This document shows, one piece after another, positions 38,612-49,387 of a DNA stretch of 64,000 nucleotides (positions are counted from its first letter, which is position 1; each line of letters starts with the position of its first letter). The notes below the pieces were generated by a model. It did no database searches, was not told the DNA's origin, and saw only the letters and a list, made by a program, of their open reading frames with translations. The DNA lies in NCBI RefSeq assembly GCF_025526975.1, contig NW_026515688.1, positions 434,001 through 498,000 on the forward strand, written 5' to 3'. This DNA is from Fimicolochytrium jonesii (taxonomy: Eukaryota). The position numbers were made by a program, and so were the translations under genes.

Positions 38612-41600
38612 TCAGCGATTTCGCCGACTCGCTCCTCGTTCATTCCTTTCATTACGACTACGTTGATGCCAGAGTGGATTGTCGAGAACCTGATACCGCT
38701 TCCCGTCGATGGCAAAGTCTTCAATAGTGGATGGAATCCTGTCCGATTCAGCTGCCGATGCGACGAGGTCTTCCAACGTGACAACCTCTGTGAAACACGA
38801 AACCTGTCAGCATTCCGATAGTCTGCACAGACGCCAATACATGTGAGCTGCTCATACCTCGCCCATCGAAATTCAAACGAACCCGTCGATTCCCGCCATG
38901 TTGGTAATCATCACCCGACCGCGTACGTTTGTTCGGAAGCGCGGCGGGATGCTTCCAGTTGGGGTACGGACGGTTGACCACTTGGCTGTACAGAGACTTT
39001 TCGGTTTGCGTGCGAGCAAACGCCTCCTCCTGGTCGAGTCGAGGTTGCCTGTTCGATGCGGGCCCGTTGATGCTCCCGGCTCTATTGTAGCCCTGTGACT
39101 GATTGTCGACGAACGCCGCAGGCTTCCTTGCCGTGCGTTGCAGATTCGGCTCCAAGCCAGGCGATGGCGGCCGCGAAGATCCAACCTCAGCTCGAAAACG
39201 ACTCTGTGCACCTCGACTAGAGGACCTGCTGCCTGATGGACTTTCTTCATCCAATAGATAAGCAGGCGCCTTGCCTTTCCCTTTCGACCGGGACGGCTCA
39301 TCATAGGGTTTCGTTGGCGATCGGACCTCTTGGCGAACATTGTGATGACCATTGCCCTGTCGGTTGGTCCAGAAAGGAACCGCTTCCTTGGAAAGGAACA
39401 CCGGCGTCTCACTTGTGGACGAGGGCTGATCCTCATTTCTCTGGGAGCGCGGAGCTGGCGCCTTCAGGCTTGGCGAGCTTAGAGCAACATGGTTAATCCG
39501 GTAGCTCATAGCTTCCGGCCTTCTGTTTAGTGAGTGCTGCTCTTCATGTCTCTGAGAGCCAGTCGACGTTTTGCTCTTTGACGGACGCGGCTCGTGATCA
39601 CTTTGGGGGCTCGGAGTCGGCACCTTGCTTAAGCGCGCAACCAGTTTGCTAGCTGATGAAGTCACATCTTCGTTTCTCTGGATGCTCGGCGTTGATATCT
39701 TGCTATTAGGCGAGCGATGCTCCTCGTTCCTCACGAACTCGTTTCCCATAGCGCGCGCAACGTGTGGTGGTGGTGGACTTGGTGGTGGTGGTGGTAGTGG
39801 GCGCGAATTTTTGTTTCCCTGTAAGAGCGGGGTGGAAGGCTTGCTGGCTGACGAACGTAGATCTTCGTTTCTCTGAATGCTCGGGGTCGAAATCTTGCTG
39901 CTCGGCGAACGCTGCTCCTCGTTCCTCACGAATCTGTTTCTCATAGAGCGTGCAGCCTGTTCGAGGCTTAATGGTGGTGGTGGACCTGGTGGTGGCGGTG
40001 GTGGTGGGCGGGGGTATTTGTTTTCTTGGAAGCGTGGAGTGGACGGCTCGCGGGCTGACGAGGGAAGCTCGTTGTCCTTGAGGTAACGCACAGGCAGATC
40101 AACGGGCGGTGGATCCAAGTCTGCGTTCCCTTGGAAGCTCGGAGCTGCCTCGATGCCATGTGACAAGCGCAATTCTTCATCCTCCTGGAAGCTGGGAGCC
40201 AGCTCAATTGCTTGTGAACGGAGATCCTCGTTTCTGGGCAAGCTTGGTGTGGAGAGTTTGCTGTTTGGTCCCGATTCAACATCATTTTGGAGGTTCACAG
40301 TCGAAGACCTGCTGTTTGCCGGAGGGTGCAGATCCTCGTTTCTCCGGTAGCTCGGAGCTGCCTCGATGTCACTCAACGAGCGCATTTTTTCATCCAGCTC
40401 CTGGAAACGGGGAGCTACTTTGTTGGCTCGCGAGCCGGGATGCTCATTTCTAGGCGTATTCGGAGTCGCTAGGTCGCTGTTCGCGCGTAGTTGATCATCT
40501 TTTCGGTAATTCGGAGTTGTAGGCTTGGTGTTTGTTGCCAAGCGAAGTTCTTCGTTTCTCTGAAAAGCCGGGGAGGGTGGCCTGCTGTTGGGCGATCGAA
40601 ATTCTGCATCTCTATCGAAAACCGGAGTCGGGGGCTTGCTGTTCGAAGTGCGCACTTCTTCGTTTCTCTGGAGAGACGCGGTAGGCGGCCTGTTGTTTGA
40701 CGACGCGTGTTCTCTATGGAAGACCGCAGTCGGCGGGAGGTCCTGACGAGAGCTCGGGGTCGGTGGCCTGCTGTTCGACGACCCGTATCCTTTGACGAAG
40801 ACGGGAGTCGACCGTAGTTCTTCACGCGAGCTGGGCGTCAGAGGCTTACTGTTTGACGAGCGGACTTCTTCATCGGCATCGAACCTCGGAGTCGCGGGTT
40901 CACTGAAATGAAGATCGTCATCTCTGTGAGAGCGCGGAGTCGACGCTTTCCTCTCTGGCAAGCGCTCTTGTTCAACCCGCTGAGGGCGCGGGTTTTGTGC
41001 TTTGCTGTTAGGTGTGCCCCGTCCTTCGGTCCGCGGAGACCGATCTTGTTCATCCGGTCGAGGGCGCGGAGCGGGCCCTTTGCGGTTTGGCGTGCTCCGT
41101 CCTCCATTCCACTGGGAGCGCTCTTGTTTGCCCGGTTGGCGCCGCGGTGATACCTTGCTGCCTGGCGTCTTCCTTCCATCACTCCGCCGGTAAGGCCCTG
41201 CTTCACCATGTCGGGGCCGCGGACCTACGTTGCTGTTGCGCGAGCTCCGCTCTTCATTCTGCCGGAGGCGCGAAACGGGAACTTTGTCGCCTGGCAAAGG
41301 CTCATGTTCATCCAGTTGAGAACGCGGAGCCGGTGCCCTGCTGTTTGGCGAGCTCCGCTCTTCAGTCAGGTCGTAGCGCGGAATCGGCGCCCTGCTGTTA
41401 GTCGCGTCGTATTCGTCGTTGCGCTGGACGCGCGGAGCGTACTCCCTGACTTCGTGCTGTCGATAGCTGGAGCTCATAGCATCACTCTCTCGTCGACGTG
41501 ATTCGTCCTGTCGATAGCTGGAACTCATCGCTAGGCTGTCTCGTCGCCGTGGTTCTTCCTGTTGATAGCGCGGAGGTGAGGCCTGGTTGATCAGTGAGTC

Positions 41601-42789
41601 TAGTTCATCCTGCCGATAGCTCCGGGCGGTTGCCTGGCTGATTTGTGACTCCATTTCTTTATCCTGCAGGTACCGTGAAAGTCGCGCCTGGGCCGTGGGC
41701 GACGCCGGTTCCTCCTTCGCTGGATACAGTGGAGTGGACGGCCTTGCGTAGCGTTCATTGCCATGGGTTCTCCTGGGCGAGACTGTCGTCGGAGCCCCCC
41801 TTGCGGACGCAGAGACCTTTTGTCGGTCGTGGGCCGGCTCATAAGACGTAGGAAGGATCCGCGCACCCGACTTCACTCTATCATCTTCGAAGTCTTCGAC
41901 AAGGATCGGCTCTGGCTGGGGTCTCTGAAGCACTGCACGAACATCGCGCGGGCGCGCCATAAACGAGTCGGATGCACTGTCGGGACTTGGCGAGGGCGAG
42001 GATCTCCGGTGTGCATAGCCCGTGGTCGGGTGGGAAGGACTCACGTAAGGCTTTGACCGAGCCACTGGCGTCGGCGGACTGTGCGAAGCGACTATAACAG
42101 TATTTGAATGAAAACCTTGAGCCATATGCACTATATCTCGCAAGAGAAACTTCACTACTACCAACCTGCATGGTCCGACGGTATCTGCGAGACGCTGACA
42201 TTGAACTCTCGGCCAAAGGGATCGTGTACCGCCCTTGGCGGAGAAGAGGCATAGGGTGCAAGCCATACCGGTTTCGCGATTTGTGGCTCCTGATGACGTT
42301 GTACCGTAGCGGCTCGATGAAGCTCAATTCGATCCTCTATGCCCAAGACACTCGGCGTTCCTGTGGCCGTGCGTACTCCCAAAACACTCGGAGTCCGGGC
42401 AGCCGAAGTGACTGTCATCTGGGTCGATTTCGATTCCTCAAGATAGTCTCGCCTTATCACTTCGGGTTGCTCTACTGTTTTAAAGGAGACGGTCAGAATA
42501 GTACTGTCTGAGCACCGCTCAAACTGACAGCTGCCAAAGACAGCCCGTCATGAAGTCGCAGTGTACCTTCGTGCGCTACATATGGCACCCCAAAGCTCGC
42601 CTCCTTACCTCTCAACCGTCGCTTGCCCTCTCCCTCCCTTTCGCTGTCACTCTGATAGTCTGCGAGGTCATCGTGGTCTGGCTTCCACCCCACCAGGTTT
42701 TCGACAGCCTCGGTTTTCTGGTCCTCTTCGTCGTCGCTATCGAGGGGGGCTAGCCCTGAGATCTTCAAGAGCTTCCTGAAGGCGTTCAT
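38612..42789 (-). CDS. Large orphan low-complexity protein (~1250 aa) with degenerate ~18-aa tandem repeats
   Basis: Exons MNAFRKLL...RRLR|VEQPEVIRRDY...DHA|VASHSPP (3.2-kb exon)...NFDGR|EVVTLEDL...* are phase-compatible GT-AG joins. Repeat consensus is approximately RNEELRSPNSKPSTPSFQ. Confidence 0.7.
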
Positions 42790-42866
42790 ATTTTGAGGGT
42801 ATATATGCCAACTAGCGACTCTGTCGACGGGTGTGTGAAGTAGTCGTGGGATTCCCGGGCTGAAAC

Positions 42867-42977
42867 CGCGAAACCTGGAAGGAAAACCAAGGCAGGAACT
42901 TGCAGGGCGGGGGAGAAACCAGTTGACGGCGAAACTCTGACAGCACGCGTCAACTCGGCGCGGCGTTCTTTCGCGCC
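42867..42977. promoter_or_regulatory. Cluster of SCB-, MCB- and E2F-like elements upstream of the repeat-protein gene
   Basis: CGCGAAA at 42867-42873, ACGCGT at 42945-42950 and TTTCGCGCC at 42969-42977, all 78-190 bp upstream of ATG 42789. Confidence 0.45.
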
Positions 42978-43126
42978 GTGTGAACGCTCTTACTGTAGAT
43001 CTTCTCATCTCATATGACTATAGTATTGCATTTTCTACATACAGTATACACATTCCAAAAACGGCGTACTACAACAATGACTGCAGGCGTATGTCTCACA
43101 GGTATCGCAGCACCCCCTTCATCAGC

Positions 43127-43985
43127 CTAATCCAACAATCTCTGCACCTTGTGGGTGGTGACGTTCAGACGCTCCTGCGCAACGTTGGACTTGTCCAGAA
43201 TCCGATCCACCTGACCTCGCTGTGCACTCAATTCCTCGTTCATCAGCTGCCCAATCATCTTCAACCTCGAAAGCCCAGATGACAATTGATCTAGATTCCC
43301 ATCAATCTCCTCTTCGACTTCGTCCCTCTCAATGTCTTGTGCGGTCGTGTATGTCCCTTTGGAGCTACCGCGGTAGCTCTGATGATCTTGCAACTGTTCC
43401 ATCTTTCCCAAACGTTTTGAGCGCTCCCGATCCCCTCGCAATCGTTCGTCTTCATTTGCGGCCCGCTCTTCTGCTTCTTTCCTGGCGAGGGCTTCCCGCT
43501 TTTTGGCTTTGCCAGACCCAAAGGATGGCATCATGAAGAAACGATTTAGCGACTTCAGGTGGTCCGCTTTAGCGGATGATACTTTGACGTGAGATGTGGC
43601 GCTCTCCACGCGGCCTTCGGCTTTGTAGAGTTGTTCTGTGAACGGGAGGGCAAGGTTAAAAACACCAATGCAAATGAGAGTACCGCAGTATTTGCTTACC
43701 AGACTGGCCACTGAGCTTGACCATGTTCTCTCTTGCAATAATATCTGACTCGTTCAGTCTTTCTACAGCACGTCGTGTGCTCATGAGCGAGTCGTTCTGG
43801 ACCTTCTTCGTCTTCCTGTCAAGCCACTCGGTGGAGTCATAGTCCTCAGCTTCTTCGTCGACAGTTTCCCAGGAACGGTACCCTGTGGTCAGCGGCCCAT
43901 TGTGGTGGTAGTTTCCCTCTGCTGCCTGAGCGGCGGCCGACGTCCACTTGTTGGCTGGCTCGGCTGGTTGGTGGTGATATGACAT
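43127..43985 (-). CDS. SEC9: SNAP-25/Sec9-family Qbc t-SNARE, 2 exons
   Basis: Two SNARE helices: SLMSTRRAV...MVKLSGQS|EQLYKAE...ADHLKSLNRFF and EEEIDGNLDQLSSGLSRLKMIGQLMNEELSAQRGQVDRI. Confidence 0.82.
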
Positions 43986-44324
43986 GGTATGCAACTAGTC
44001 AGGTAGCAAAGTTGACAGACTCTAGATATGTGCTGGGGTATTCTGCCGGTTGGGGGTTGGCAGAGGATTAGCGGAAGTCGTCGTTGGGAATACGTTTGGA
44101 CAGGATTCGGAGTGGAGCCAAGCGCGAACGCGTTCAAGTTGAGCGCACAAGCCACAGCTGGGAGTCGAGTTCGAATTTGGCCTGGTTCGGTTTGCACTTT
44201 GCGGGATGCGGGAGCAACCCACCAGGAATACCCACTAGGACGTGCAGTTGGTCGTCGTGACTGTGGCATATTCCCAGAAGCAGAGCAGCTGTTGTCCTAG
44301 TCATATTCAGCCTACAAAGCCACA

Positions 44325-46172
44325 ATGCCAGCAGCGAAACTTCGTCTGTGCAGAGCCATCTTGAAGGAGCATTTTGGGCCCATAGTGGAGGTGGGACGTT
44401 TAACCAGCACCCCCACTCTTTTCTTTCGCTTTGTATGCAAGTCCTTTTATTGAAAGAACTCTTCACCCCACTCAGAAAGTAGGTTATGCTCTTCTTGAGC
44501 GGGGCCGAAGTCCCTTGTCTATCCTCATTCGCAGAACCGAGCTGCCAGCGTCGAAAGTCCGAGAGGCACTGTTTGTGCTCATACAACATGGCATAGTTAC
44601 CTATGCCGAGACACCGGAGGGCGCACGGATGGTGGTGTATTACCAAGCAGAAGCCCGCAGCATCATTGTGAGAGACAGGATTCCAATCTATCTGCAGATT
44701 GTCAGGAAACGCTGTGGAGAAGACGTACGTACGGTGAAACCACCCTATGTGTTCCACCATGTTTGCTTACCTGCCGACATCCTGCACAGGCCGAGAGAAT
44801 GCTCTGCGAGACATTATGGCACGGCCGGGCAAACTATGATCATCTGATAGACAAAGCGAGAGCACCAGGCGTCTCGCATGACCAGCTTGCCGAAGCATTC
44901 AGTAAATTGACGGACATGCGCGTGTTGGTCGCATGCACACCGGAAGGTAGTCTATCAATCGATGATAGGCGGATGACGGAAGAAGCACAAGAAGTCGCAC
45001 GACGTGGTGGCCTCCCTCTGACCGCAACGGAAATGACAAAGCTGCGGAAAGAACTGGCCCTCAAGCGGGATGCGCAATACGACGACAAAGTAGAAACGGG
45101 ATCGAAGCGGAAGGTGGTTTTGGACCTGGATGAGGTCGCCAATAAGCGATTGGCGAAAGATGAGAAAAGCGAGGAGAAGGATACCAAGTACTATCGCGCA
45201 AATCTGGACAAGCTGCATGTATTCCTACGGAACGAGGAAATCGCTCTGCTCGTCGAACGACGGATGAATAAAGGGGCGGGCGAGGTCGTCAAGAAGCTCT
45301 TGACTGCATCAGAGAACAAGATGCGACAGTGCAGAGAAGAGGAGAAGTCGGAGCCAGTTAGTCAGATCATGCTGTCTTCGCTTCTCGATCCTTCCATACC
45401 GCTGCTTGTCGATGGCCGTAGCGGTGCAAGTGCTACGAGGGAATACCTCGATGCGCTGACGCAGGATGACACTCAACTCATCAAGAAAGCGTCTGAAGGA
45501 GGTGGGGGGCAGTACACCGTGAACCTGAAACAAGCGGGCATAGAGTTGCGATCGCGCTGCATGGAGTCGATTGTACAGGAGAAGTTTGGGGATACAGCGA
45601 AGAGGGTCTGGCGCATTCTCCTAGCTATGAACAAGTTAAACGAGACTCAGGCATGCCCATGATTTATCTTGACCTTCGATCATGAAGCAATAGCTAAACG
45701 TTCGCGTGGGCCTCCAGGTTTCAAAGATGGCCCTCATCCCGCTCAAGATGGCTCGTCATTGTCTATACGCTCTCATGAACGCCGGCCTTGCCTTCATTCA
45801 GGTAAGGAATGTCTACCGTCTCCATTATCCTCGTCTATACTCATACTCTGCGAATAGGACGTTCCGAAGACCGTCGACCATTCCGCAGCACGCACATTCT
45901 TCCTTTGGTATGTCTCCATACCAAAAAGCACCAGGATCCTGCAGCAGAACACGTATCGCACGCTGTGGAATGTGAAGGAGAGGAGGGAGAAAGAGAGGGA
46001 TGCTCGGGCGCTTCTCATTCAGAAGATGGAACGCTCGGATATCGTTTCTGGGGAGGCTCAGTTGAGCGAGGCTGAACTCATCAACGTAGATCACCTGAAC
46101 AGGGTAGTGAGTCAACTGGTGATGACAGAATCGAGACTGTCGCGGCTGTTGATGGTGTTAGAGGAATTCTGA
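44325..46172 (+). CDS. RPC3: RNA polymerase III subunit C3 (Rpc82/POLR3C), 5 exons
   Basis: LCRAILKEHFGPIVE|KVGYALLERG...VREALFVLIQHGIV, YYRANLDK, ESIVQEKFGDTAKRVWRIL, Q|VSKMALIP..ARHCLYAL and Q|DVPKTVDHSAARTFFLWYV. Confidence 0.9.
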
Positions 46173-46266
46173 AGGCAACATGTACATACATGTATATCAA
46201 AATCCACGCAAGTACGGCAATGTGGTTCTATTCATTATGCACAATCCATTCTACACAGTTGGCGGT

Positions 46267-47676
46267 CTACAGGGGCAGCTTATTATGCCTATACAGATCT
46301 GCTACTAAGTACAGTGATCCGCAAACTACAACTATATCACCTGCCTCCTCATCCCGCAAAAGTGACAAACACTCATGCACACGGCTCGTGGCCGCCCTGC
46401 AATCCACGTCCGGAAACGCTTTTGCCACAGCCTCCTGCAAAACTGAAGAGGGCGCACAGCGCACCCAGGGCATCCCTTCCACCTTCGAGAACTCTGAAGC
46501 ATAGAGCACATCTCCAGGCTTTAACACCTCACGTAGCACGTTAATAAAATCTTTGCCCTGCGTGAAGCCCACAATCCATGTGACACGTGGGCGTCCTCGG
46601 CGTAATTCCCGTTGCGAGTTTACAAAGAGTGCCAGCTCTCGCGCGGCTTGCGGATTGTGAGCGCCATCCACCAGAATCTCCCGGCCTTCGATCGTCAGCC
46701 ATTCTAAGCGACCGGGCCAGCGGACGTTTGATAGGGCGGATCGAATATGATCATCTTTGATGTTGATGACTACTCCCGAGGCTGACTTCATCGTCCGCAG
46801 CACCTCCAACGTCTTGATGGCGGTAGCCAGATTGGACAATTGGAACGTGCCGAGTAGCGGAAAGTGTGTTTTCACTTTGATTCCGCCGAACGAGAACTCC
46901 ACCATATTCTCGCCGCCAGCTTTCGCACCTTCTCCAGTAAGACGTATCACTGCCGAGTCATCAGCATATTGCACCGGTACGTCCCTCGCGTTGGCAATCT
47001 CTGCCAACACAGTACTCGCTACGCCTCCAGCTTCCGGCTGCGACCCAATGACGACCCCGCCTACGCCGTGTTTGATTATTCCGCCTTTCTCCCGTGCTAT
47101 CTTTTCGATCGTGTCCCCTAATATGTCCGTGTGATCTAGTCCGATGGCTGTAAACACGCAGGCCAATGCCGGCTCGCCCCTCAATGAGATACCTGCGCCT
47201 TCCTTAGCGTCGATCGTCTTTTGTTCGATCGAAGTCCCTTCTTCACCTCCAGTTTCGTCAAAAACGTTCGTAGCGTCCAACCGCCCTCCCAGTCCAACCT
47301 CGACCACAGCCACCTCCACCCCGCCATCCCGAAACAAAAGCAACGCCGTCGCGGTCTGCAACTCAAACAAACTCGCCCCAACTTCATTCCGCGCATCCAC
47401 CTCCGCCACACGACTGTACGCAGCATCATACGTCTCCCGTTCCACAACGCGTTCCTTTATACGAACGCCATCGTGAGGATACGCCAAGTGAGGAGAGTTG
47501 AAGCGACCTGTAATGTACCCGGCTGCGTTGAGCACTGAGGCGATGAGGGTGGTGACCGTGCCTTTGCCGTTCGTCCCGCCGACGTGGACTACGGAGTAGC
47601 TGCGTTCTGGGTGGGAGAGGAGGGAAAGCAGCCGGTGGATGCGCTCGAGGCCGAGGACGATTGTGGATGGCGGCAT
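46267..47676 (-). CDS. FOL3: FolC-family dihydrofolate synthase / folylpolyglutamate synthase, single exon
   Basis: IVLGLERI, VHVGGTNGKG, FNSPHL, EVGLGGRLDATN, IGLDH..LG..IAREKGGI, WPGRLE, DGAHN and CGSLYL. The DHFS (FOL3) versus FPGS assignment is inferred. Confidence 0.88.
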   Translation of the reverse strand: MPPSTIVLGLERIHRLLSLLSHPERSYSVVHVGGTNGKGTVTTLIASVLNAAGYITGRFNSPHLAYPHDGVRIKERVVERETYDAAYSRVAEVDARNEVGASLFELQTATALLLFRDGGVEVAVVEVGLGGRLDATNVFDETGGEEGTSIEQKTIDAKEGAGISLRGEPALACVFTAIGLDHTDILGDTIEKIAREKGGIIKHGVGGVVIGSQPEAGGVASTVLAEIANARDVPVQYADDSAVIRLTGEGAKAGGENMVEFSFGGIKVKTHFPLLGTFQLSNLATAIKTLEVLRTMKSASGVVINIKDDHIRSALSNVRWPGRLEWLTIEGREILVDGAHNPQAARELALFVNSQRELRRGRPRVTWIVGFTQGKDFINVLREVLKPGDVLYASEFSKVEGMPWVRCAPSSVLQEAVAKAFPDVDCRAATSRVHECLSLLRDEEAGDIVVVCGSLYLVADLYRHNKLPL

Positions 47677-48330
47677 GGTGAAGCGTTTGACTGCTATACT
47701 TGTGCGCTGTTTAGGCGGACACCGCTCTGGGAAAGCTAAAGTCAGAACAGAGGGGTCAGTAAAACTCAGCAGAAGCAGAAAAGTCTCCTTAAGAAGCCTC
47801 GAGGCGATTCGTTTCGAGATGCTGGATGCTGCGGGCCTATGTGGAACAAAACTGTTCCGCGAACCAAAGTCCTCTGCGTGGACCTCACACGCAGACATGT
47901 GGGGCTTCCGCCTCACTATGATAGTTTCGCCGCTCCTCAACCACTGACGGGGAGACAAACTCACCTCTAAAGTGGTGTGCGATACGTATCACCCTCCCTT
48001 TGAGCGATGGGGTCCGCTTTGAATTTGAATTCTGAAGATCGGGCAGCCTGAGAACGCGAATACTGTATATGTACTGTACTGGAATTTGCAAGACACCTCA
48101 CGCGCTCGGGTAAGTTAACGCCGATGGCACAGCTGCAGCAGCTGCAGCTGCATCTGGCCATATTTGGATCTCGCAAAGCATTGAAAACGTACTGTAGTGG
48201 CTAACGAGGAGAATTGCAACATGCGCTCTGTATGAATGCGATGATGAACATCGACGTAAAGGACCTTTGCTACTATACTGCTTCTGCTTTGGCTCTTCAA
48301 AGACAAAAACTTGGCCTTCAGTCAAACTGA

Positions 48331-48924
48331 TCAGGCATTCTTCGGCCCGTTGAACATGATCCCAGCCATTCCAAAAAATGGCAAATGGGCATCAGGACGA
48401 ATGTAACCCTTGAGCTCATCCTGTCCCTGAACACGGATGGACGCGACCAGCGCGACCACGCGCTGCGGTTCGTCCAAGCTTCCAGCTGCAACGGCAAGCC
48501 AGCTCCCGTTGTTCTTGGACATGTAAGTCAAGGAAGCGCCGCAGATCTCACAATGCGTGCGTTCCTGCCGGGAGAAGACTCGTACGTGCGTGGGGTGCCT
48601 GATGTGAGAACGTTGGCCTCCGGGAGAACGGCGACCCACGTCCCAGATGGAACCGACGCACTTGCGGCAATCTTTGCAAGGGCATTGCGCGGCGAAGGTC
48701 GGGAAGGGGAGGTCGTGCGGGTGCCCTGTTATCTTGGCAGCGATCGCGCGTTTCACGCAGGGCACGATAAAGTAAGTGAGGAAAAGAGGCACCTCGTACA
48801 CGCTCGGGTCCGTTGAGAGTGTAAAGCGAATAGCGCCGCAGTGGCAGCCGCCGCCGAGCGGGGGAACAGACTTGTCGTCGTTCGAGGGCACCTCGTAGAT
48901 GGGACAGTGATGCCTACATGTCAA
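48331..48924 (-). pseudogene. GFA/Mss4-like (CENP-V family) zinc-binding protein, probably decaying
   Basis: GGCHCGAIRF, CPCKDCRK, HCEICGASL and AVAAGSLDEP are in one frame, but the family-like middle segment (TWVAV...SGTPRTYESSPG) is in another. No clean upstream ATG exon was found. Confidence 0.6.
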
Positions 48925-49387
48925 ACTGGTGATGAAGCGCAGAGCATGCGATGGCGGACATACCGTGCGAAACTCAGGCCCTGTTTATATCCGGTGATGC
49001 CGCAAAGCTGCCTGCCTCAAGTCGTTGCTGCCCTTTTCCAGTTCACCCCCATAACCCCACCACAAGACCTCCACAAGCCCGCCAAGGCGGCCAAGGTTCA
49101 AGGCTGCGTGGATCTCGCGGGGAGGGTGTGGGGAGGAAAAGTGGTTCTAAATTGACAAGCTTGATTCAGGCTTACGTGAGCGCGGTTCTCCGTTTCCGCC
49201 CCTTGTTGACCATACTGTCATTTTGAATCCATTCGACGTTTCCAAGACTCGGCATTGTCCTCGGAAGCTGTCAGGAACTGAATTGAAGAGCAACGCTTGA
49301 CACAGCATTTCCCTTGGCTTTTCCAACAAGTTTGCCAGTGCCCACCGATCTTTCGAAATCCACTCATCCGACTGGCGAATCGCAACG

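Noticed and set aside
47677..47964. 96-aa N-terminal extension of the FolC ORF in the track
   Set aside because: It begins at a non-ATG codon and homology starts at MPPSTIVLGLERI. An upstream ATG isoform is possible but unsupported.
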